From positions 814,075 through 878,074 of the forward strand of contig NMRA01000139.1 of the NCBI GenBank assembly GCA_002633005.1: a DNA stretch of 64,000 bases, in the 5' to 3' direction. This DNA comes from Phoronis australis (lineage: Eukaryota; Animalia; Phoronida). How positions within the stretch are numbered: the first letter of the stretch is position 1; each line of letters begins with the position of its first letter. A program made the position numbers and the translations under genes. The notes beneath the pieces were generated by a model that was given only the letters and a program-made list of their open reading frames with translations, ran no database searches and was not told the origin of the DNA. Below, piece by piece: positions 35,701 through 47,700 of the stretch.

Positions 35701-38700
35701 ATTGATACCATGATCAGTTGATTGGCAATTATTTCTTATATTTTGCCCTATTACTTGCTAAACTTTGGTCCATCACTCATAAACTTTGTTACCGTTGTTT
35801 TGTGTATTATTTATGATGTACGTCACGGATTGCGGTCAGTATAGTAACCACGTTCACTTTTCTCTTGATACGGGTAATTTTCAAGCAGTAATTCATTGTT
35901 GACATCTAAAAATTCATATCATCGTCACATACTGTTTGGAATTGAAGACGTTATACTAACAAACTAATTTGAGGAATATTCTATTGGTCATAAAGTTTCC
36001 AAACACAATTTATTTTAATTGATATTATAAAATGTGAAAACTGTTTTCGAAATCAAGGGTGTGAGTTCTTTGAAACAGGTTTGACAAGACAATCAGAGGC
36101 AACATGTTCATGTAAAGTATTAATGAACTCGTTGTTGCCAATCTTTGCATCCCGTGATGAGTACGTGTAGATATACATTGAGTGCTTGTTCTTCTTTAGA
36201 CGTGCCCAGAAGAAAGGACGTGGCAGAGCAGACGGTGATAAAGAAAAGAAAAATGTTCTCCTGCAATTCTGTAAGGCTTTTAATCAAGTAACCATCATTT
36301 CTTTGACCTTGTTGACCTTAGAGGTACAGCATTTGCGAAGTGGTCAGCTGTTTGCAATAGAACCTAATTATTGTTCTTATCAAACGAGAGCTTTTGAAAT
36401 GGAAACGAAGATTTCGTTCTGTTGAAAGTTTTTGTCAAAAGTAGTTTGAAAGCAAATTTAAAGAACATTTATATAAGCCTGTTGCCACGTGATAAAGTAA
36501 CCACCTCTTTTCAATGTATGCGTTCAGCGCTAATAAGCGGAACAACTGCAAGCAAACTCGCTGGCTTGCCTGCAGTCAGCCATACTCCCGGGACCATGGA
36601 TTTATGTGTGAACTTACTCATCAGTACCAGGATTTCTTTATTGCAGTAACTGGTGGTGCTGACGAAAACAAACAGTTAAACGACAATAAGGAGGAGGAAT
36701 ACTTACTTAGCGACAGTGGAAGTGCTGTGTCGGATATGTCAAGCAGAAGGTCAAGTAGAAGATCAAGAAGAAGTCATCGGAAAAAGAGAAGGAAGAAACA
36801 TAGGAAGAAGAAAAGGAAGCACAAGCATAAACGACGCAGTCACGTAACCAGCGAAACCGACAATGACATCAATGCTATCATGAAAGCCCTCGGTATAGAA
36901 GATATGGATCCAAATGTGGATGTCGAACTTGTGGAGATGGATGCAGAGGATAATTTAAACACGAAATGCGATGAAATAGGTCAACAAACGAAGCAATCAA
37001 GTGATAATGGTATTCATACTGAGCAAGATGGCGACCAATCTGAACAGAGCGAACAAGGAGACGACCAAGGGAACATCAACAGTAATGACAATCGGATGAG
37101 ATCCATCGCTTTGTTCCCCGAAACAGTTAACCTCAACAACCATTCCTCTCCAAAAACTACTCTGGAGGTTCTACCTCGCACTGGCTCAAGGTCACAATGT
37201 CTAACGCAAAAGGATAAGGGAAGAGCAGGCTCAAAGCATGCCGATCCTGGCAAACGAGACGGTGGTTTAGGAACAACTAGTGAGCCTGAGAACTGCCAAC
37301 TTGCAAATAAAAATGAGAATGAGATTGTATCTAAAACAGTTCAGGTTACACGCAGAGGACGAGCCAGTTTAAACAGCTTATTTGAATTTGATAACAATGT
37401 CACTGAAAGCAATCCCCCAACAAGTAAATTAAAGTTGTCACCACAAAAAACAACCAATGAACATAAAACGCCCACATCAACGAACCGCCTCAGGAAAAAT
37501 CCTGAATCAAAAGGCGGGTCACGAGCAAAGAAATCGAAAACACCATTGAGCAGAAAGCAAACAATAACAAGTGCTCTTCCAGGATATGGCGTAAGTGCAT
37601 GGACGACGGAGAAGAGACAGCGTGACCATTCTAGAAGAGTCAAAAAGCAGATACCGGGATATGACTTCCCAGGTATCATCTAGCTAATTTGGGGCAATAT
37701 TTAAAATAGAGCGGATGACAGGAAGTAGGCATTTGTGCATCAGCTTTCCAAAACCGCCGTTGTTTTTGGGTACATTCTGCTCTTTGGTCAGCTGCGTGTA
37801 CATGGGCGTTTATGGATGCTGACTGGATGAACGAAAGTGGTATGCACGTAATTCAATGTGTGCATGAAATGACAGATAACATGACGGTTTTATCATTTAC
37901 AAAATTCCAGTGTATGCCACAAGCAAATATCAGTAGGTAGCTGGATGAGGTAGTAAGACTAATTGTACTAGCCAGCAAAATATAACTGTAGATGCTTAAA
38001 TGACATGAAAGAGAAGATATGAGACACGTCACACGATTGGCGAAGAAATAACTAAACGTGTCGTCTTGAAACGTGTGCACGGTAAGCCTGTCGTCCAACT
38101 CACGCATTGTTTCTCACGATTGCTTTCCCCGGGAACGGTCACGGAGTGCATACTACACCACCGATTAAATCAGCCTGTAATTTTGATGTTTCTCAGAGAC
38201 GTGTCGTGTGCCAGCAACACAAGGACGGTCGTCCTTTTTCAGCTGCATGCTTGACTTGTCTTTAATGTCGAAGCTACTTGTAAGTAATAATGGCGTACAA
38301 TAACAGTTGGTGACGCACGCTCTCGGAACTGCTCTACGCACAAGACGTACATTAGATTTAGTTACCAAAAACAGTTTTTGTGCAATCGCAGACAAGTTAG
38401 ACATTTACTTGTTTCTGCAAATAAAACAGTACTTTCAAGATACCGTTTCATGGTTTGTTCCCAAGCCTGTACCCTAATTTTGTTAATCAGTTTCAGTGAA
38501 AGACAGCATCTGCAATGGGATTGATGGCACTGCGCCACCACTATCCTTATCTGGCAAATGACCAAGTCGAGAAGAACACAAGTTATGACAGATTGTTAAA
38601 TAAAAAATTATGGCTCACATAAGAAGAATTCACGTTTCTGTCGTATATACTGTAATGAATCAGTAGCCGCAAAGTCGTAAGATTTTTGGAAAATGGTCAC

Positions 38701-41700
38701 GTGATATGACATAAAATTGTGGTCTGGTGAAACTGAGGACATGACACGGAAAACTAGTAGCCAATTCTTCAACATACTTGGAGATCGAAGGGAACGATTC
38801 GTTGGCTACAGCCGATTGTTGAGCTCCTGCAACGTCCGGGCTCGGGGTCTAATTAATGTACATGTACTGTACACGACGTCGAACACGAAAGCATCTTTGG
38901 ACTTTTCCACTCTGCTTTATGCAAACTCAAGATAAGTGTCTATTATTCTGCGCTCGAGTACATTAAAGTTTTTGCATCAGACTTTATACTTAAATGTTCA
39001 ACTTTTAATTAACCATTTCTAATTGGTACGTAGAACATAATGCAATTTCTTTTGAATAAGATACTGCCGAAGAACCTGCAGGGAGAATAGTACATAAATA
39101 TTTCATTCGAATGCATTCAGCTCTTTCTAAGCTGATGGGCAGCACAGGACTGAAACATGTGGCGAGCTATCGTCCCTCAGCCCCTATCGGGTGCGCCTCC
39201 CGTGTCCTGGGCGGCGAGGTATTGAAATAAATGGGGGGTTATGAACCCCCCCCAGCCATCTATGGTGCGCCGCCCATTATAGAATTCATTTACGTTAAAG
39301 TTTATTCGATGACTATTGATTAATCTTGGCAGGATTCCACAAACACTGTTACGAGATTAGTGAAATAAACAATTGGCCAAAGGATGAACTTGGTGTGGTG
39401 TGAAAAATGTTCTTGTGCCGGCAGATAAAACGGTGTTTTAGAACACCACTTTAGAGCACTGTACATAAACTAATTTTCAACACGTGCCGAATTTTTATCT
39501 AGCGTGGTAACGGAAGGACATTTATTGATACCAACGAACACGAATTTCTACAACCAACAATTCCATCCTTAAACTGGGGAAACAAAAAATGGTTTTGGTA
39601 ACAGAAATCCTATTTTGGGATTAGGCTGGGTGAGAAGGAAGTCCTGAGTTTGTCAGCGTTTACCAGAGCTTTAAAATCCGATACTGCTGAATGATTTTAT
39701 CGCCATTCTTTGGTTTGTAACTTTTTGGCAGAATTAACTGACACGGTTGCCAGTTTACATCAAAAGTAATAGAAACGCTTATAATGCAAGGTTACATGCC
39801 GTCATGCCTAATACACGTAGCACCCCGTAAAAGCGTCGGGCTGCCGCACATGGGAAAGTGAGTTCGAAACCGCCTTCATTCGTGACGGGTGTTGCAAAAT
39901 TTGTCCCTGCTGTGACCGTGAAAATTTGTACGTAATTAGTGTCATGGCAAAAACCATGTCCATGGATTTGAGCACTTGAGATGATTTAAAATACCCAACA
40001 ACAGGAATTACATATACCTGCGGTCACGTTGTATTAGGCGTGCGAGCAACAGTCGCTACAATCATCGTCTTTCCTAGATATTTATCGACACGCAGTTATT
40101 GAAATTTGCTCGTGAACACAACCATTTAGTAGGCCCTATGGCATAGTTCCGGATTGTTGTAAAACTCCTTCGAACTCTCACTCAACAGCCTCCGGGACCC
40201 ACCACCCACGACCCCCAAACCCCACGACCCACAACCCCTCTACCCATGACCTGTGGCAATAGATGTATCTTTGCGCTTTTTACCAACTTCGTGATCGTAT
40301 TTCCCATAAAATTTACTTACGCGCGAATCTACTCTGGCTTAACTCTGGTGGTTAAAAACAGAAAGTGGCGTCAGAACATGATCTGAAAAAGCGAATTTGT
40401 GAGCATGCTATCGTTGCCACGGAAATAGTTCCACGAGCGGCTATCAATGACGCTGTTCCACTAAACTAAAGGGAGAGGGTACGTTAACGTCAATGGACAC
40501 AATTTCACAATTTAATGATTTGCTTTTCGTTGTATACTCGTTCACAATATACTCCATGTAATGCTAAGATACTTTTTAGATAACAGTTTGTTTTTTCGAA
40601 CAGTATTTACTGAAGAAATTCCATAATCGTCGGTTCCTTGCACTTTCCCAAAAACCTTGAATCTGTCATTCACTGAAGAGCAGAGGAGTCGATAACAGTT
40701 TGCCGGCAACGTCATTTTGTAATATTGGTAGGTCTTTGATTTGATTGTCGCGTTGTTTTTTTCTGTTTTTGGCTTGAATTAAAACTTGCCGTATCAACTC
40801 TCTTAATTGCAAAAACAGGGAAAAACCAGCCGAGCTCACGGCCCTTCTCGTTGCTCCTGCAAGTCAGTGCTTGTTCTAAGTTCAGATCGAGTCGAGATTG
40901 TATATGGTCGTGGATGGAGAGGGTCGTGGGGTGCGGGGATAGATGTTTTTTAGGAAAATCCTATAGGTCCCACCATCTGGGCATATTCGTTCCTAAAAAA
41001 TGAGTTTCGAATACACTATCGTAGTTACGACCATGCGCGCGGCCTTTGACTCTACAAGGTCCTTGGGTCAAACCAAAATGCAACACGTTTGGGTGTCAAA
41101 GTGACGCATAGGGCTTTTGCAGTCATTTCCCGTATAACAGGAACGCAAGCCCAAAAACCAAAGGTGGAAAAACGGCGAGCTTTTTAGACATGGTGGGACC
41201 GGTATACTTGCTTGTAGCACTATGCCCACTTTTGAACTGAATCCGTTTAGTCTCTTGTCATAACCTGCATATGTGAGTTTCAATGTCTTAAATTATTTAG
41301 TTTGGTTATAAAATCATCAAAGCGTAAATTCATGTTGCCTACCTGACGTATTTCACACCGCTTGGGACAAAGACGTTCAAAAACAAACAATCCTCGCTGT
41401 ATTCTGGATTTGGAAGGTTAAGCCAAGTAGGTAACGGACTGGTTGTAAACTCGTAGCACTGTGCACCATATTCTGTGGCGTTTCTTACTCCAGACCATTT
41501 CGGGTGTGGTACAGGCGCCCTCCAACGGACTGGTGGCGCTGCATAAGGTATTCCGAGGTACTCTTCCCAATTTTGACCTAAAAAGGGAAATGTAAGTTGT
41601 GCGAATTCCATTAGTGTAATCGCAAAACACGCGGGTAATCTCAACACACAGCTTGCATCACAAATAACATCAGCAACAAGGTGTAAAAGAATTGACCTGG

Positions 41701-44700
41701 CTTGTGACCTGTTAGTGACCCTGAACATTTTGGATACTATCAAATCACAATGTACAACACCAGCTATGGCTGTTTGTTGGCCTGATTGAGACTGTCACTG
41801 AACCGAAGAAAACCGTACAGCTTCTTCCGAGACGTTGTTTATATTTCATTTCCCAATTTTTAACGTGGTTTTGTTGAATAATTGGTTTGGCAGGGGTGGC
41901 GCAGCACTGAAAAAGTGGGGGCTATATTCCCCAGTCCCCCCTGCAATGAACCGCCCACAGACCATGGGTGGCGCAGCATTGAAAAAAGTCGGGGCTACCG
42001 TATATCCCCCACCCCTATGGTGCGCCACTCATGTTAGGTACATACGTGCAACGGTAACAAGCGTTAAAATAGTATCACACATTGCATACAAGTAATGTAC
42101 AAACCGTCTTCGTGCTTCTGCGAGCCAAGGAGTGCGCCATTTTTAGTGTGTACCACTGTATCCCCGCTCATGTGTGGTGTAGACTCGACACATTTGTCCG
42201 CTGATGCTACTTCCGGAACTACTTCCCGCCAAAACGCCATCTGCTTTGACCGATAATGTTGAAGAGATCTGTTGGCACCCATGTTTACGTTGAATTCAAG
42301 ATAGTGTCTACTTTCTTTCGTGTACTTCATCCAGGTTAGTGCCGGCGTGATCGACGGGTCAATTAAGTTAGGGTTTCTGCAAGGGCGAAGAGAACAACTA
42401 TCTGTTTCGGCGTCAAACAAAATACGGGTGGTTATCAAAATAAATTACAACGACTTCGAGAGAACACTTCCTGATTCTGCCAATGTAAAACTAAGTTTTT
42501 TCCGTAAGTATTTGCCAGTTAAGCCAAGCTGTCCCAATTATGTATATTAGGAGTTTGGACAAAATGCGTGGAGCATCACTTTTGGGGATGACTAGATTAG
42601 GTTAGAACAGAAACGGAGTTTCGTCTTAAGGAAATGAATGGTAAAGTCTGTCAAAACTTTGTCGAATTTCGTCGTTGTCAAATTTATTTTGGGAAACTAG
42701 TGTATACATCGTTTGACAACTGGCTCCTTTAAGTTTGCTCATAAGCGCTGACTCACTTAGTTTGCAAATAGTCGTGCTGAAGACATTTGTGCGACACTTC
42801 ACGTCAGTAGTTGGTGCTGGAATGGTACTAAAGAGTGGTTTCCTTTTCTTCTAACAATGGATGTGGTAAAATTGCGCTTCACCTCCTAATAATAAAGTTG
42901 CCTTTTCCATTCTGGGATTTTATAGTTTTATTTGCATAAATATAATTTTACCTTGCACTCACGGACACTTCCAAGAAATGTTTTATTTTTATTATGGAAT
43001 TATGGATCAAAAGTGCTAATTACGGCACTTACGAATCCAGACATTAAAATGACCTCACTCAATGGACTTGTCACGAGCCTGGTTCACATAGCTCTGTAAG
43101 AGTCACAATCGCTACTGTTGGCAATTTGTTGCAGACCTTATTGTTAGTAACACCATTTTGATGTTGTGTTGTTACCTGTACATGTGCATGTGCGCACGAT
43201 TCACGGATTGTGTTATGCAGTGGATCCACGTAACTGACAGTTAAAGGATGAGATTTCATATGAATTATTTGAGACTGTGATGCGCTCATAAATGCTTAAT
43301 TAAACCTTTATCCTACAACTGTGAAGTCCAATTGCCTGTGGTTAGCCACCTTTAAAGAAACAGACCCGAAGACCTACGCGTGACTTATCACGGGGTGTCA
43401 TTGTATACGCCAAGCATGGTCAGTTGTTTGAAAGGCGGAAAATTTACGCTCTTGTCAACTTAGTGTGGAACGAGTTGAGACTAATTTCACAGGGACGACT
43501 TGTCTAAATCTAAAAATCTTGTCCTCAATTTAACGCGAGTTTACTGCTGTTTTAAGCTTGTTTTCGTACTTTTTATCTTAAATCGGACAAACACCCCCGT
43601 TCTGAGTTTCAAAAACTAACTCTACTTTACAATACTGAACATACTTAACACTATTAACTCGCACTCAACTTTTTACTTTCCTTAGATGAGTATCGAATGA
43701 GTTTGATGATGTAAATTACAGTGACAATCCGTGACTGTTCACGATTATGCTCGGCGAACAAAATGACACGCCATGACAAGTCAACTTATTAAGCCTGTTT
43801 TTTAATGTCACAAATCACATTTGTTTTGACTAAGGAGTAACTTGGGATCTATTTCATTACGTTGAGACAGGAGGCTAGTTCAGGGCGTACTCAAACAAGT
43901 GCTAAAGAACGGCCCATGACACCAATCTCTTGTGTCCTGCAGGTAGGGAAACGCGATGTTGAGTTCGCGTCGTTTAAAAAAACGTCCAGCTGATTCTAGT
44001 ACTCGTTGCGGAAAATATCAAATTCATGGGTGTATTTCTGAAGTCTATCCAACTTCCTTTCGTCGGAGTTGCAGTCCGGAGTAAATTTTCAGTGGTATTA
44101 GATGGTTGAATACACCGTGCAGTCGCAAAATTTTAAAATGCAAGGCAACACAAATACATGTATCATTAGAAATTCTAATCGTGCAAAAATGAGGTGAGAA
44201 AATTGCTTCCTGTGGCACCATGTTGTCGGCCAAACCAAGACGTTTAAGGGCAACTGTGTAATCACGACATGCACCTCCAATTGTTGTGATTTCTGTCGTG
44301 CCAGTATCAACGCAAAACAATATGTTCGGCCACGCCTTAAGATCTGTACATGTACTTGAGCTGTATTGCGGTATGAATTGGACGCCCAGCGCAAAAGTAG
44401 CACAAGAAAATGCCATAGAAATTGACTTAAACGTGCATGAAGGCTCGTAAAATGATAAATGGTGTTGCCTTTTCGCGCCCCTCTTTATCGCGTCAACACA
44501 AGAATACGTACAGTACCAAGGAACGAAGGGCACCGAACGCGTCATATTAAACAGGGTTAAGCGCGATTATGAAAATGAGTATACATGTACATGTACGTTT
44601 AAGCCAATTATCCAAAGCGTTCATTGTCCTATTAGCAAATTATGATATTGTTATGCGTGCTCGAAGCACATTCTGCCAACCATCGGCACGTACGCTGCTG

Positions 44701-47700
44701 TTCACCCGCTTTATATATTATCTTCTTGAAATACATGTATGTGCCATTTTGTCTAGACGCGCGAGTGATTTGCATACATGTACAACAGTAAGGTCAATTT
44801 ACACCGGAGATCTCAGCTGCAAGCCGATTAGTGTGGTGATTGCCACGCCCATAACAACTGCATTTGTACATGACTCATAATATAAAGTCTCTCTTCATCG
44901 AATATCAGAACTGACTTCATTTTTATCAAGAGGAGCACGATCACGTGCTGTCGTGGATGGTAGTCAGTCAGAAATCGACGTTTTTTTTCAAAGCCAACTT
45001 ACCGTGATGAATACATGTATTTGACTCCATCTTTGATAACTGATGAACGATTTGAAAACAATTATAAATGGAAAGGCAGTTTTGGTAGCAAATGGCGTAT
45101 TGTGAAAATTTCAATCAAGTTCGGTCATATATTTAGTTGACATTTGACTGGTTTAGTGCTAAACTTCGGTTGGCAAATATATCGCTAGATAGGACAATGG
45201 GGGGCGGAGCCTCGAAGGCGTGGGTTGCGCATGTTCTGCTCTAGCGCGAAGGCAAGTGACCTGTCAATGTTCGTGAAAACACGCAAGGTGAATATTAAAA
45301 TTTATGATTATTTAATCGAAAGCGTCCACCTGCTACATGTGCGTATATGCGCATGCATTGAACTGCGTGAGCATGGTCTTTTACGGGTTATATTAAATCG
45401 TGTTGTTTTTCGAGAATCCTCGGCAAGTCAAGAGCAACAATCCTGTGAGTGTAGCTCTTAGTGAACACTTTGGAAATATTCAAACTTAATGTGTTCATAA
45501 TTTGAAAGAGCATGATGCTTTTAAAATACCACAGAGTATACAAATTTTTCATGACGTCACAGGTTTTCAGCGATGTGAAACTGAATAAATAAAACCACGA
45601 AAATGCTCATCATAGCTTGATGGGTTATACACAAGGAACTCCCAGCGAAGCGTCGTTGAAAACACGTGCTCGCACAATTTGAATTTAAAGGAGAATGCCA
45701 CCCGATTTAATTATTCCTTTTTACCGTCTTAATCGGTCTATATACACATCGCCTCTTATACGGTCGACCTCACCGTGCCGAGAGGTGTCGTGTTAACCTT
45801 AGAGGAAAGTGAGAAACGACGCAGCGACGTAAGTGGTTCGTCTGCAGAGTGAATGCCGCTATATTGCGGTGCATCGTTCCCGCTTCTCCAAATTATGGAG
45901 GTGCGGAGAAAGCGGGTATATCGTTTTTTCGACGTTCTCGAGAGCCCGAAATGTTTAGGAGGTGGCTCGCGGTGGTGAAGAAAGAAAGGTACGCTGTTAA
46001 TTGCAAGTATGAGGTCGTGAAACATCTCCGTGTCTGTGGCCGGCATTTCGTCGACAGTTATTTCTCTGACGAATTCCGGCTTACCGAAGAACTATCCATG
46101 CGTTTCGTTGCCTGTGCATGTTCACGGCGCCTCTCTAGAATTTCTCAATCAGTGCATTCCGGTTCGAATTGATAGCGTGTGAAACCTAACGATCCGACCC
46201 GTGAAGTCTTCGTCGGCTGATTGAGCTCTTGACTAACTAAGTCGGGATTGGCGCCGGGTCAGTTGCCATGTAGACGTTTATTATTCTTCGTTCTGTTTCA
46301 AAAAGAATTACTCTCAACCTAACCAATGCTTATATCAAACTGAAACAAAGTCTTTCTCATTAGATACAATGTTAATGCCTTTGCAGTATTCGTGAGTGCA
46401 TATGTTAAGAAGCCAGCAATGAAGGAACCTGTGCGTAACCGGCTTTTCATGCCGGCAATAAAGGTAATTGACCGGCTACCGAGGCCATGTGACCGAATGC
46501 TAATTCAGTGTTTGCTGACAAAAAGCAGTTGTGAAACAATTACCCGATTTTCTGTGCTATGGTCACATGATTTAGGGAATCTTGATTTAGAAATACAATT
46601 ACATTGTTCAAATCATTGTTGTTGTACAACCTTTGCCCAGACGGTTTGTGGAAGGGGAACCAGACTTCGCGGTCCACGACAAGTAAATTGATTTTCAGTT
46701 TCGTGGCTAATTCACATTATTTTTGGCTCACTATTATAGCCTTTTCGTGACTGGAGGTTTAGTTCCCAAGTCAAGCTGGTTTATGTTCGTGCCAGTCCCG
46801 GCGGCAGTGACGGGCCTGATCGAGTTCCGAGCCACTGGCCGGGATAACAATTGATTCAGTCCGGCCGCGACGGGCCTGATCGGGTTCCGAGCCACTGGCC
46901 GGGATAACAATTGATTCAATCCGGCCGCAACGGGCCTCATCGGGTTCCGAGCCACTGGTCGAGATAACAAGCATTTTGTGTGTTAAGTACTCAAAAAACC
47001 ACAAGTCTAAACAACACAATTCTAGATTCTCCTGTCTGTATTTCACGGAAGAATACTTCGAACTTGTCTCCGAACAGACCCCGATCTTCTGCTATGGACC
47101 TTGGTAAATTGGCCTGCCGAACTTTGTAGGCTACGGTGTGTCCAAATACCAATAAATCCGTAACAGCGAAATAAAACAACATGTTTTTATAAGAACTTGG
47201 TGTGTTTTTAAGGGTTTTCCATCAAAGTTTGATTATTTATAGGTGTTATTTGGTGAATTCAAGCGATAACCTGACACCAGTAACCCGTGTTGTGAACTGC
47301 TGACCAGACTGCGTGTGAAACCAATTTCGTCATTGGATAAGTTCAACACCTCCATCTGCCGTCAGGTGTCAGGTAACGCAACCGAACGTGCCGTTACAGA
47401 GGAGAACTGCTCGATTTAAATTGATACAAAATAGGTTGTTTTTTGGGTGGCATTCTCATTTAATGTCATTATGATGGTGTTTTTCATTTCGGTTCTCGAA
47501 ATCAGGGGCCTGCTACAAATAAATGACTTAATCTCATCTTTGATTTAAGTTTAAAACTTGTCTTAACTTTCAAGTTTCCACATCTAGTAAGTTAGTCAAA
47601 ACTAAGACAAAACTTAAGTCGCAAAGTGTACTGCGAATCATACATATTCTTACCATGGTATAACTAGTTTTGCTAGCTTTGCAGGAGATCATCTAACACA

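Noticed and set aside
45849-46172. THAP-domain host gene
   Set aside because: Lies within TIR-bounded repeats, lacks one zinc ligand and the second copy is frameshifted; treated as a transposon relic.
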